64,000 bases of DNA from Eledone cirrhosa (GCA_964016885.1 OZ024740.1:107756001-107820000), one strand, 5' to 3'. Numbered from the stretch's first letter, positions 1 through 12,914 are shown. Made by a program: numbers and translations. The notes: generated by a model from the sequence alone, not told the origin.

Positions 1-164
1 GGTTGGACAAGTTTATATAGACCAAGTTAGTACTGAAGTAGGGCTACTGACTTCCCAGAGAAGTCAAGAGGTCTGTATCCAGCTTACATATCTGTAATCT
101 AATTTTCAGGCAGAATCGGAATCAGTGTGACTCAATGTCTAATTATAGGAACAATCCATATGAG

Positions 165-322
165 GGGCTTCCACACAGTTTCTCTATCCTAATTAACATG
201 ACTTGAATTTACACACACAAGGCGATATATAGTAAATGACACTTGCCCAAGATGCTACGTGGTAAAATCAAACACAGGATTTTATGACTACAAAGCCAAC
301 TCCTTAACCACTTAACTATGCC
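165..322 (-). mobile_element. Degenerate tRNA-derived SINE
   Basis: Minus strand reads GGCATAGTTAAGTGGTTAAGGAG (A-box-like) ... CTTGGGCAAGTGTC (CORE-like). A related remnant lies at ~61695-61810. Confidence 0.55.
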
Positions 323-797
323 AGTAACCAATTGCAGAGATCCATACTAAACAGAGTTGTGTATGTTTGTGTGTTAGACTCCTTATTTCACTTCTCACTT
401 TCCAATCTTACTTTCTGTTACATCTTTCTCTCATTTTTTATTATATTTTTTCTTTGTCCCCTAATCGCATTTGATTTACTATTTCTATAACGTCGCTCCT
501 CTACTTTCTAAAGATACCATTTTTCGCCAACCTCCTCTGGCCTACTTTCGCACACATTCCTTAGAATTTGCCATGTAGATTTCACCTTCTACGCTTGACC
601 GGCTCTACCCACTCCCCTATCATTCTACAGGCAAGTTCAGCCACCCCACCCTGCACCCACTGCCATGATATAATTTTCAGTGTCCGCTACAAATTTTGAC
701 CAATCCCCTTAACAAATTACAATCTTCCCATATAAGGAAGTACCCTTGAAAAGTTCAGCTATTTATTAACCAGACTAAAAAAACTCTTACTTTAGTC

Positions 798-927
798 CAG
801 AAATAGCCGTCGAAATGGCTTGAGCTCTACCGTCGGGGTCATACTTTCTCCTATTACCCACTCTACTATCCTAAGTACTCTGGTGCGTTATGGTCCATCT
901 GGTTCCTTACCACAACTCCTCCGTTAT
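798..927 (+). repeat. Repeat X: probable Penelope-type pLTR fragment carrying the 3' half of a hammerhead motif
   Basis: Homologous to 38002-38130 (+) and 13407-13458 (-). Consensus GTC-GAAA-CGGCT-TGAGCTC-AGCCGT-C-GGGG. Confidence 0.6.
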
Positions 928-957
928 GTATATATGTATATATATATTATATATATA

Positions 958-1034
958 TATTTTGTTTCTGAATTTGTTTAGCAAGATTCTTTATCTGAAA
1001 ACGTGTGTTGAAACCGATATTGTTATACTTTGGG

Positions 1035-1040
<6 letters not shown>
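958..1040 (+). repeat. Repeat Y: pLTR-like fragment with a degenerate hammerhead-like core
   Basis: GAATTTGTTTAGCAAGATT...TATCTGAAAACGTGTGTTGAAACCGATATTGTTATACTTTGGGAGGG. Homologues at 59808-59870 (internally inverted) and ~20585-20608 (-). Confidence 0.45.
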
Positions 1041-1085
<45 letters not shown>

Positions 1086-1262
1086 TTAGTTAAGCAAAAC
1101 AAGACCACAAATTTCACAAGGAAGACATTATTAAAAGATTGTCAACATATTTTAGTTTGATGTAAAGAATGTAGAGAATAATAATATTAATAATAATAAT
1201 GTATATATATATATGTATATATATATGTATATATATATATTATATATATATATGTATATGTA

Positions 1263-1480
1263 TCATCATCATCGTTTAACGTCCATCTTCTACGCTAGCA
1301 TGGGTTAGACGGGAGTTGTGCCACTTGAGGCAAGGTTGGTCAGGTGACCGTGTCTCGCTCATATAGGACTATCTGTCAGGCTTTCTACGGCTAGATGCCC
1401 TTGCTAACACCAACCACATTTACAGTGTTGACCTGGGAACTTTTTACCGTGTTACCTACACGTCCACATTACAGCGTGGA
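1263..1480 (-). mobile_element. RTE LINE 3' UTR fragment with (GAT)n tail
   Basis: Diverged match to the RTE-B 3' UTR; ends GGACGTTAAACGATGATGATG on the minus strand. Confidence 0.8.
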
Positions 1481-1489
1481 TATATGTAT

Positions 1490-3990
1490 ATATTCTGCGA
1501 CGCCAATGACATGTCGATATGTAACACAAACTTCAAAAAACCCGACAACCACCTGATCACCTATAGATCAGGGGAGCATTCTAGTCAGATAGATTTTATC
1601 CTCATCAGAGGACGTGATAGATGGACGGTCGTAAACACAAAAGCCTTCCCTAGTGAGGAATGTACCTCCCAACATAGCTTAGTTGTCAGCGACCTCACAG
1701 TCAGAACTAGACGAACCTGGAAACAGAGGCCAACCTGGAGAAGAAAGATCTGGAGGCTGAAAGACCCCTCAGCCAGTAACAGATTTAAAGATATTTTACT
1801 CAACGCCTACGACAGTAAAGAAGAACAAATAGAGACATTCAATGTAGAAGAGCACTTACTAGAGGCGACAGATGAGGTCTGTGGCTGGAGTAAGACCACA
1901 AGCAGGAGGAGAGTGACTTGGTGGTGGAACAATAAGGTAGATGAGGCAGTTAAGGCCAAGAGAGAAGCATGGAAAGAATGGAAGAACGGGGGGAGCAGGG
2001 TACATTACATAGAGACCAAGAGGGAAGCTAGGCGACAAGTATACTTAGCTAGGAGGGAAGCAGAGGATAGAAAATTCAAGCATGTTTTGCAACGTGAGGA
2101 CCAGAAACAGGAGGTGTTCAAGATTGCGAGGCAGTGTGTCAGAGAAAATTGTGATGTCATTGGAGAGAAGTGTATCCAGAATGATAAAGGTGAGCTTGCC
2201 CTCACAAGTGCTGAGAAGAAAGATGCGTGGAAGAGTCATTATGATAGATTACTAAATGAGGAGAATGCATGGGAAGAAGAGACCCTACCCCAAGTAGACC
2301 CTATAGAGTGGCCAGCAGTACAATTCAGCAGCAGCGTAGTAAGTAAGGCAATCAAAGATATGAAGATGGGGAAGGCAACCGGTCCATCGGGTATAGCTGC
2401 CGAGATGCTGAAGGCATCTGGATCTGTAGGTCACACTATAACCACACGTATTGTTAACCAGGTAATACTAGAAGGTGTCATACCAAAAGATTGGTGCAGT
2501 AGCATCATTGTCAACTGCTACAAAGGTAAAGGTGATGCACTCGATAGAGGAAACTATAGAGGTATAAAGCTGATGGACCAGGTCATGAAAGTAACAGAAA
2601 GAGTTATAGCACAGTTGATTAGGGACCGGGTGAAACTAGATGAGATGCAATTTGGGTTTGTACCAGGAAGAGGCACCACTGATGCCCTCTTCCTTGTGAG
2701 GCAGTTACAGGAAAAGTACCTAGCTAAAAGTAAGCCACTCTACCTGGCATTCGTCGATCTCGAGAAAGCCTTTGACAGAGTTCCACGCGCTGTAATCTGG
2801 TGGGCTCTTAGAAAACTAGGAGTAGATGAATGGCTTGTGAAAGCTGTACAAGCCATGTATAGGGGAGCAGTCAGCAAAGTTAGGATTAGCAATGAGTATA
2901 GCGAGGAATTTAGCGTACAGGTTGGGGTCCACCAGGGCTCTGTTCTTAGCCCTCTCCTGTTCATCATAGTCCTGCAGGCAATAACGGAGGAGTTTAAGAC
3001 CGGATGCCCATGGGAACTCCTGTATGCTGATGACCTCGCACTTATAGCTGAATCTATGGTAGAACTAGAGAAGAAATTCCAAACTTGGAAGCAGGGACTA
3101 GAAAGAAAGGGTCTCAAAGTCAACATGACAAAGACTAAGGTCCTTGTAAGTAGACGAGAAAACAGAACCCAGATCCCCTCAGGGAAATGGCCTTGCTCAG
3201 TATGTAGGAAAGGTGTAGGTAGGAACTCCATTCTCTGTCCCAAATGCAAACAATGGGTACACAAGAGAGGTAGCGGGATCTCAGGAAGCTTAATTAAGAA
3301 TGTAGGCTTCACATGCAGCAGCTGTACTGGGACAGCAAGCAGCAAACAGCCACAGGAAACAAGTACCACCAATCTCTGGGAGGGCTCTGTAGAGACAGTA
3401 GACAGCTTCTGCTACCTAGGTGACCGAATTAGCAGCGAAGGTGGGTGTTCAGAAAGTACAATAACTAGGGTAAGAACGGGATGGAAGAAGTTCAGGGAAC
3501 TACTACCACTGCTAGCTGCAAAAGGCTTCTCCGTCAGAATGAAAGGCAGACTGTATGATGCGTGTATCCGAACAGCAATGTTACATGGTAGTGAGACCTG
3601 GGCGCTGAAGGTGGAAGACTTACTAGATTAGAGAGAAATGAAGCCTGCATGCTCCGATGGATGTGTAATAGTAATATACGCGAACGACAAAGCATAAATG
3701 AATTGAGATACTGAGCATAAGAGGAATCAAATGCTGTGTGCAGGAGAGGCGGTTGCGTTGGTATGGACATGTGATGCGTATGAAGGATGTCAGCTGCATA
3801 AAAAGGTGCAGAGCACTAGAAGTCGATGGAAAGCGCGGAGTGGGGAGACCCAAGACGACCTGGGATGAGGTGATAAAAACCGACCATACCCAATTACACC
3901 TCTCAAAGGCGATGACACACGACCGTGACCTCTACGTCACACAGTAATACAGAGTACCCGACCTTCCATGGGTACAAGCTGAAGCACATA
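1490..3990 (+). pseudogene. RTE-A APE-RT polyprotein, disrupted
   Basis: Frameshift at ~3620 and small deletions. The PHD Cys in HKRC is mutated to HKRG. The annotated ATG at 1484 comes from the TA tract. Confidence 0.9.
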
Positions 3991-4285
3991 GACAATATGC
4001 CCCCACACCCTTCCACTGCAAGGCGGTTGTGGCGGTGCCACCGCAAAAAAGCACCCAGCCCACACTGTTAAGTGGACGTGTAGGCGCCACGAAAAAGCAC
4101 CCAGCACTCACTGTAAATGAGGTTGGTGTTAGGAAGGGCATCCAGCTGTAGAAATCAAGCCAAATTAGTTCCTGTATGAGCAAGGCATGGTCAGCCGACC
4201 AGACACTGCCCACAACAGGACAACCCATATAACCCATGCTAGCGTGGAAGAATGGACGTAAAACGGTGATGTTGATGATGATGAT
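1490..4285 (+). mobile_element. RTE-clade LINE family A, 5'-truncated and frameshifted
   Basis: ORF 1484-3631 has the APE C-terminus (SQIDFIL, SQH), RT motifs ([32 protein letters not shown]) and RRLRWYGHV in the next frame. 3' UTR ends in (GAT)n at 4285. Confidence 0.95.
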
Positions 4286-4380
4286 ATGTATATATATATA
4301 TATATGTATATGTATATGTATATATATATGTATATGTATATATATATGTATATGTATGTATATATATATGTATGTATATG

Positions 4381-4457
<77 letters not shown>

Positions 4458-4485
4458 GTGTATATATATATATATGTATATGTAT

Positions 4486-4539
<54 letters not shown>

Positions 4540-4555
4540 GTGTATATATATATAT

Positions 4556-4557
<2 letters not shown>
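4286..4557. repeat. (TA)n/(TA)nTG microsatellite between tail-to-tail RTE ends
   Basis: Direct reading. Confidence 0.98.
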
Positions 4558-4589
<32 letters not shown>

Positions 4590-5244
4590 ACGTTTAACGT
4601 CCGTGTTCCATGCTTGCATGGGTTTGGACGGGGGTAGTCCCACTTGAGGCAAGAGTGATTGTCTTGCTCGCATAGGACTGTCTGGCAGGTTTTCTACAGT
4701 TGGATGCCCTTCCTAACACCAACCACATTTACAGTGTGGGTCTGGGAGGTTTTTACCGTGTTGCCTACACGGCCACATTACAGCGTGGACTGTGTGTTTT
4801 TTTGTCGTGACACTACACGATCTCATTTGTTTCGGCCTGGATGGCGCGGCACCAACATAACTTTACATAGAACGGGGTGGTGTGGATGGGGTGGGGGTGG
4901 TGGCGGGACGGGGTGTAGTTTGTTAGAGATGCCTACTGGCAAGGCGGGTCTTCTCTGTTACTGAGTACCGCCAAAGGTCACGGTCCAGTGACATTGTCTT
5001 GGAGAGGTGTAAGTGTGTGAGGTCGGAGTTTATCAGCTCATCCCATGTTTTTCTAGGTCTGCCTATTCCGTGGCTACCGTCTATCTTTATTGCCCTGCAC
5101 TTTGTAATACAGCTATCGACTTTCATGCGCATCACGTGTCCATACCAACGCAGCCTTCTCTCGAGTAAACAACATCTGATCCCTCTTATCTCTAATTTTT
5201 TCCTTAGTTCGTTTATGCTTTGCCGTTCACGTATATTACTGTTA
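4558..5244 (-). mobile_element. RTE family B, 5'-truncated
   Basis: Encodes [25 protein letters not shown]...RRLRWYGHV. The 3' UTR and (GAT)n tail match 38163-41426. Confidence 0.95.
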
Positions 5245-5297
5245 ATATATGTATATATATATATATGTATATATATATATGTGTATATATATATGTG

Positions 5298-5332
<35 letters not shown>

Positions 5333-5385
5333 GTATATATATATGTATATATATATATATATGTGTGTATATATATATGTATATA

Positions 5386-5446
<61 letters not shown>

Positions 5447-6051
5447 GTGTATATATATATAGTATATATATATGTGTATATATATATCTATATATATAAA
5501 GGGAAGATGGACATTGTTTAGTGTACCGAATTTGCATGCTACCCGTTCATCCAATTTTCATGAAACCTCACACATATATAAAACTCAACAGCCAATAAAA
5601 AATCGATAACTTGCTTATTAAGATATCGGTCAAAAAGAGAGATTGAATGTACTTTAGAACATTTTTTGAATATATTGTTCTTTTTGGCATGATATGTCAG
5701 AAATATAGCTACTATACACTTTGGTTATTTTTTGTAACTAAAAAACGGTTCCTTTTGGGTGGATACTTAACGAGAAAAATCCTAGGGTTTTGGACAAGTT
5801 TGTTTCAGGCGCTGTATAGACGCCTATTTTGTCACAGCTTGGTCATGAATTCGTATTCTTTTCCAATAGATATTTTCCGCTCTATAAGGCTCACCAGGAT
5901 ATAAGGCGTATCATTTAAAATCAGGTCCGCGCAACGGCGTGTAAGGCCAACCAGAAAATGCTATCTTCTTTACTTTTAGTCTAGATCTATTACTTCTGTT
6001 AGAGCCGTGATTGATTACCATTGTATTATTTATACACAAGGCTCACCGGTG

Positions 6052-6230
6052 TATAAAGCGCAGAGCTGTTTTTTTTATTAAATTTAATTATTTTAAGTGC
6101 AATTTATAGACGGGAAAATTCGGTAAGTTATTGTAATCATATTTCCAAACCTTCCCATTCACCAGTAACCATGCTAACGAATCTGGTGTCATCTCTCTCT
6201 GTATTTAATCACCTCTCTCTAACCTAACAG
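6052..6230 (+). promoter_or_regulatory. Candidate TATA box, non-coding exon 1 and 5' UTR intron of the Helitron mini-gene
   Basis: TATAAA at 6052-6057; donor CG|GTAAGT at 6123; branch/acceptor CTAACCTAACAG ending at 6230; AATAAA at 6782-6787 after the stop. Confidence 0.45.
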
Positions 6231-6247
6231 CTTCGTTACACGTCGTT

Positions 6248-6737
6248 ATGCCCACACGGAAACGTTCAAGACTTACCTCCAAAAAAGGTACAGCTATTGC
6301 TTTGAGACAACGAATTAGGCGTTCTCAGGTATGAGTTCATTCACAATTGATTAATCCTTTATGCAATATTCTCCCTTAATGTTAGCAAGTACTGCGTTTA
6401 TCCTAACTGTCACCACTTTTAAGCAACTACAACATTCTAATAGTAGTTATATTAAATTTATTGTCTTACCTTCATTCCCTTTTGTTCATGTTAGACTTTT
6501 CTCATTTACTATTGACATTGCCATTGGCTTAGCTAACCAGTAGAATTAATTAATTTTCTCTAGGAAACACCTGCTGAGCGCGAATCTCGACTCGCTGATA
6601 GACGTCTTTCCCGGCTAGTTGAGTCACCAACATCCCGTCAGACGAGGCTTGAGGCTGTGGCAAAGGGCAATAACCCTAGATACAATTTTGATCAACTTTT
6701 TTTCACCTATAGCAAATTTACCGGGACAGGTTTTTAG
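6248..6737 (+). CDS. Predicted spliced 84-aa peptide resembling a Helitron RepHel N-terminus with STPR-like repeats (coding exons 6248-6328 and 6564-6737)
   Basis: ATG at 6248; phase-0 intron GTATGA...GCTAAC...TTTCTCTAG (6329-6563). Joined frame MPTRKRSRLTSKKGTAIALRQRIRRSQ|ETPAERESRLADRRLSRLVESPTSRQTRLEAV...; TAG ends at 6737. Confidence 0.6.
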
Positions 6738-7244
6738 CTACTCAAATCTACTTCAGAGATCACGCATTGATGTAAAAAATCAATAAAACTGAAGCGGGGC
6801 TCAACTTTGCGCAAAAAAAAACAAGGCAAAGTTACACATGGGAAAACTTTTTACAGGAACGTCCTATATTCTTGAAAACTGTCACAAAAGACTCGCCATT
6901 ATGCCGCGGTTAAGAAAAAGGCCCTTTTAATTCTTCTTCTGCACATGTGAGCGCAAAAATTGTAAAAAAAAAAAAACCCTGAAAGTAATCGACATTTTCA
7001 CCCTGCTTTAAATTAACTGAACATTCAATATCAAGCGATTTTGACGTCCGTCAGTCGCGCAGAGAACAATTTCGACGATACACTGTGTAACTACAATTAA
7101 TAAATTACACACCTGTGTCTACTAACCTATTTTTTTCCATTGAAGTTCGAAGTTTTGAACCTGTGATGCGCGGAAAGTAACTTTCACACATTCTAACAGA
7201 CCAAAGGTCGACTTACACCCGGGCAGCGCCGGGTACTTCTGCTA

Positions 7245-7284
<40 letters not shown>

Positions 7285-7304
7285 TTATTAAAATAACAGA
7301 TTAA

Positions 7305-7355
7305 AGTTTAAGCAAAGAATCGCTGCTTTCACCCTTAACGGGATCTTCTGAACCT
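7305..7355 (-). ncRNA. Minimal hammerhead ribozyme variant (CAGAAGA core) in the 3' pLTR
   Basis: AGGTT-CAGAAGA-TCCC GTTAA GGGT-GAAA-GCA..TGC-TT-AAACT. Confidence 0.55.
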
Positions 7356-8277
7356 AACAAAGTCAATCTGTAAACGCAGAACTGGATATTTCAAAAAACG
7401 TTGCAACCGGAGGAAGACAGGAAGACGATACTTTGGTTCGTGGTAACGTTCGCTGGCAAAGAACGGGAAAAAACGAATAATACGTCATTAATAAGAGCGG
7501 TGAAAAACAATTACGCGCAAAGACAGAACCACGTTTATCGTATAAAAGAGGTCGTAGACTAATGTTCACTTAGGTGGTGCATAGAGACGTTCTCTGGCAA
7601 TGAACGAAAAAACGAAGATAATAAGTCATATGTGGAGCGTGGAGAACAATAGCACGCAAAGACAAAATCACGTAAATGGTATAGCAGAAGTCGTAGATTC
7701 TAACTAGGAGACCAAATGAATCTCCGCTACAGAGTTAAGAACAAAGTAAATAAATACAATACAGAAGTAATAGGAACAAATAAATACATACACGCAAACA
7801 GATACGTACATACACAAGCATACGCAAAACCTTACCAAGGGTATACAAGACCACGCACATATAAATATGTGTGTGTGTGTATGCTTGTGTCCAAATAAAT
7901 AAATAATTATATAAACGTATATAAGCAAATAAATACGTATATAACAAGCGCACACGCATACCTACATATAAATACACGAATGTTCGGAGACGTAAGTCAA
8001 CTAAAACAAGAAGTACACATATACACACACCCACCATACGTACGAACCTGCACACTCACGCAGACGCAAAACTCCTGTATACACATAGCCAAACCCTAAA
8101 TACCAGAATTTGTAAAAATTATACGCTATAACAGTCAAATATACATACGAGAAGGTATACATACCTTCACAAAACATACGGGTAATATATACTTACCTAT
8201 GCAAATAAGTAAAGGAATAAACAAAACATATACTTAGCTCCCACATCAAGACGTAAAATATCCACGTATAGATCGTG

Positions 8278-10407
8278 CTATCCGTTAGGGTATAACGTGG
8301 GGCTGTAATACAGGAAAGTTTTGTGCAATTTATGTTTACAAGCCGAAATTGCCTCAGATTTTTTGTTTAAGATGTGGTCTGTAGCGTAGAGTATTTCCAG
8401 AGCCTCAACGGCGCAGAGGTCACATGGTCTTTTATTACCGTTATACGATCTAGCCCTAGCTAGGATCTCCCAGTGTAACTTATATTGGGTGTGGTTGTCT
8501 TTTAGACTCCAGATATAAGCTGAAAGTGACGTCATATTCCTTCTTAGAGGGTAACGAAAAGAATGGATATGCATGTAAAGACGCTGCTTGAAACTATTGG
8601 CGGTTAACCCTATGTAGGCCCTACGGGACGTGGGTGTTACAACCTTACATTTGTAGACAATGTTACTAGAGAGGCATTTCCCGGATAGGGGGCAATCAGC
8701 CCGATTCCTACAATTACAGTTAGTACTACCTACAGGGTTGCACGTGTTCCTACGGCTAGGTAGTTTAGCTAAATTTGAAGCTGTGATGTTATGTGCAAGG
8801 TTAGGAGTCGTAGAGTAAGAAATTATAATAGTATTTCTATTAAAAATGTTACTATATTTATGTGTAGGGGGAAAATGCTTCGTAATAAGGGAAAGAAAGA
8901 TCTTAGCTAATGGTGTGGTCACCTCCATATTATATGGTGGGTTAAACCAACAAATGCGACGGGATCTATTTCTTCTAGGTCTATTTTCGTACTCTGTATA
9001 TGCTACCTTATCGACAAATCCACTTCGAGCAAGAGCTTCATTGTAATAAGTGGAATGGTCGTTGAAAATGCGCTCGTTTGTGGAAAGACGGGAAAGCCTC
9101 AACGAAACGTTTCTTACCAGGTTCTTGGTTATGCTGGCAGGATGGTTGGAATGCTTACTTATGTAATTAAGCGTATCATTCGGCTTTCTATACGGGTAAT
9201 ACAACCCATTCAATAAATTGAGGGTAACGTCGAGATAATTAACGACCGAGAGATTGGCCTCAACCTGTATAGAGAGGTTGAAACTTTTAAAGAAGGCTGT
9301 GAGTTCTTTTCTGAACCTGTCGCAAGCACGAGGTTCGCACTTAGTCATGGTCAAAAGACCATCGTCACGGTACAAACCACCGCCCGCGTTGGGGAATTCG
9401 TCCTTGATAGAGAAAAGAAGGAAAAGGCCAATAAGATCAGTAACCTCCGCAGAGTCACTGGCGCCCATACTCACGTCGAATGGGGTACTATTGGATTTTT
9501 TAATCCAAATAGAGTCGTCGAAATTAATCACCGACTTTCGGGCATTAAGGATGACATCAACTTCAAAATCCTTAACCACTGTGAGTGTTTTAGCGAAATT
9601 GATAGCTCTAAGGAGAAGTGGTAAAGTGATGGAGGAGTAGTAATTGTTGATGTCGAATTGGATAAAACGACAATGTTCCTTGTTACATATGCCGTTGAAC
9701 CAATCAATCACCGCGAAAGAATTGTTCCACAGTGCGAGAAGGGCCAAAATTCTAATTTCAGGTATAATTCTATCAAGAATCGTTTTACTAAGTCTACCTA
9801 AATCGGACTTCGTAGGGTTAATAAGCCGAATAGAGGGGTTGTTCGGAAAATTGGATTTGTGATCCTTCAGGGTAAAGTGGGGAGAGATAGGGTCCAGAGG
9901 TTCGGTCCGGTCCAGGATGTTGAGATTAGATGTGATTTTAAACCCAGCATCGTTGATTTCATTGATGACGCACCGATTAGTTTTACGGTAATCCTTAGTT
10001 ACAGCATTATGTAGTAGTTGATGGTAAGTACTGCGTTCCACTTGATATAGGTTGCCAGTTTTGTCGGAATGGACGTGCACGGCGTTAGAATCCTTAATAG
10101 AACGGATTCTATTCATCAGGTCTTGCTGGAAGGAATTGCTCCTATTCCGAAATTTGATATTCCGAATGAGTTCCAAGACATCATTTTCGAAGAGTAGCAA
10201 TGCTGGGTTCCACGGAGGGTTATTATAAGTTTTAAATCCAAATTTATCCTGTTTGTTGTCTGCTTTTCGCGGATTATCGAAATAAAAGGCACGCCAACGC
10301 AACCTTTTAATGAACGCGTCTGTTTTCTATATCAGGAGTTTTAGGTATGTTTTCCTGCTTGGTACGGGTATGTTCTTTGTAGAAATATTCAGATGTTGTT
10401 TCTGCAT
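8278..10407 (-). pseudogene. PLE RT/GIY-YIG protein (~709 codons) with one premature TAG at codon 27
   Basis: In-frame ATG at 10407 (MQKQHLNISTKNIPVPSRKTYLKLLI*KTDAFIKRLRWRAF); stop at 10327-10329; open from there to 8278. Confidence 0.85.
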
Positions 10408-10689
10408 GATGAATATAAGTCAGTAATCTTCGTATTTTCGTTCATTGCCAGAGAACGTCTCTATGCACCACCTAAGTGAACATTAGTCTACGACCTCTTT
10501 TATACCATAAACGTGGTTTTGCCTTTGCGCGTAATTGTTTTTCACCGCTCCTATTAATGACGTATTATTCGTTTTTTCCCGTTCTTTGCCAGCGAGCGTT
10601 ATCACGAACCAAAGTATCGTCTTCCTGTCTTCCTCCGGTTGCAACGTTTTTTGAAATATCCAGTTCTGCGTTTACAGATTGACTTTGTT

Positions 10690-10740
10690 AGTTTCAGAAG
10701 ATCCCGTTAAGGGTGAAAGCAGCGATTCTTTGCTTAAACT
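10690..10740 (+). ncRNA. Minimal hammerhead ribozyme variant (CAGAAGA core) in the inverted pLTR
   Basis: Stem I AGTTT/AAACT, stem II CCC/GGG, GAAA, stem III AGCA/TGCT, UU cleavage site. Confidence 0.6.
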
Positions 10741-10892
10741 TTAATCTGTTATTTTAATAAATATTTGCTCTACGGTTCTTATATATTTGATATATATTTT
10801 CATTATCGAGCCCTCTTTGGATTTTATTATTATTACTATATTATTACTATATATATATATACATTATATATATATATACATTATATATATAT

Positions 10893-10957
<65 letters not shown>

Positions 10958-10968
10958 TATATATATAT

Positions 10969-11444
<476 letters not shown>

Positions 11445-11477
11445 ATGTATATATATATATATATATGTGTGTATATA

Positions 11478-11588
<111 letters not shown>

Positions 11589-11589
11589 G

Positions 11590-11621
<32 letters not shown>

Positions 11622-11710
11622 TATGGGTATATATATATATATGTATATATATATATGTGTATATATATATTAATATATATGTATATATATATATAATGTA
11701 TATATATATG

Positions 11711-11759
<49 letters not shown>

Positions 11760-12076
11760 GTGTATATATATATATATTAATATATATGTATATATATAAT
11801 GTATATATATAATGTATATATATATATAATGTATATATGTATATATATAATGTATATATATATATAATGTATATATATATATGTATATATATTTGATTAT
11901 ATATATATATGTGTATATATATATGTATATATATGTGATTATATATATATATGTGTATATATATATGTATATATATATGTGTATATATATATGTATATAT
12001 ATGTGATTATATATATAGGTATATATATATATGTGTATATGTATATATATATGTGTATATGTATATATATATATAG

Positions 12077-12310
12077 TTAGTCCAGGGTAGTACAATAAGC
12101 AAGGCAATCAAAGATATGAAGGCGGGTAAGGCGGCTGGTCCTGAGATTCTGAAGGCATCTGGTTCGGTGGGACACACCATGGTCACCCGGATAGTTAACC
12201 AAGTCGTACAGAATGGGGTTGTTCCGAAGGACTGGCGTATCAGCATCATCGTTAACTGTTATAAGGGAAAAGGAGATGCCCTAGATAGGAGTAACTATAG
12301 AGGCATTAAA
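12077..12310 (+). mobile_element. Internal RTE-B fragment
   Basis: Encodes [14 protein letters not shown]...NYRGIKL. Confidence 0.85.
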
Positions 12311-12854
12311 TTACATGTTATCCATGTGCTACCTGCAGTATTTTTCTCTATATTTTAATACATATATTTACCACTGCGATTCTGTGTTTTTCTCTCTCTC
12401 TCTTACTGTTCCCCCATTCTCTCTGTTTCTCCCCCTCTGTCATGTCCGTTAACTCTTCCTCACACTTTCACTCACTCACTGTTTTTCTCTCTCTTCTCTT
12501 CATTTCATCCTGCACACCACGAACGCTATTTTTCTCTCTCTGCTCATAGTCTTCGCTCGTGTAGGATCTATTCTCTAAGCGCTCATATATTCACCTAGCT
12601 TATGCTAAACAGAATAATTTTTGAAGCTTGTTTCTTTCCCCCGGTTAGCTTTACTCTGTTGTTCTCCTGTCTCACTCGCTTTACGCGTTTTAATTGTCCT
12701 AATAACTTATTTGGGTTATTATTGCACCGACGTGAGATATATGATTTTTAATGCAATGAAATATCTATGATCTTCGGCAAATCACTGATGAGGGACTTAT
12801 TTTATTACATGTTATCCATGTGCTACCTGCAGTATTTTTCTCTATATTTTAATA
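12310..12854 (+). repeat. pLTR-like element bounded by a 51-bp direct repeat, with a broken hammerhead
   Basis: 12310-12360 = 12804-12854. CTGATGA-GGGA at 12785 is not followed by GAAA. Confidence 0.5.
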
Positions 12855-12914
12855 TATATATATATATATGTATATATATGTATATATATGTATATATATG
12901 TATATATATATATG

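Larger units (their letters stand above)
5487..7245 (+). mobile_element. Non-autonomous Helitron inserted in a (TA)n tract
   Basis: 5' TC (TCTATATATATAAA) at 5487. 3' hairpin ACCCGG-GCAGCG-CCGGGT (7217-7234) followed by CTAG at 7242-7245. Inserted between A and T with no TSD. Confidence 0.85.
7281..10845 (-). mobile_element. Penelope-like element 1 (RT + C-terminal GIY-YIG, Naiad-like) with a 3' pLTR and an inverted 5' pLTR
   Basis: 7281-7620 is the reverse complement of ~10425-10765. The ORF has FIQFDI, MGASDSAE, LYRDD, NYLDV, CNC-x5-C-x5-C and IVY...YIG...FKQRLYMH. Confidence 0.92.

Noticed and set aside
2740-3372. Antisense ORFs recurring in RTE and CR1 copies
   Set aside because: Shadows of the sense frame; they recur because the copies are similar.
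8278-10407. Selenoprotein recoding, known for some Naiad PLEs
   Set aside because: The only internal stop is TAG at a non-Cys position, and the linker cysteines are ordinary Cys codons in both PLEs.
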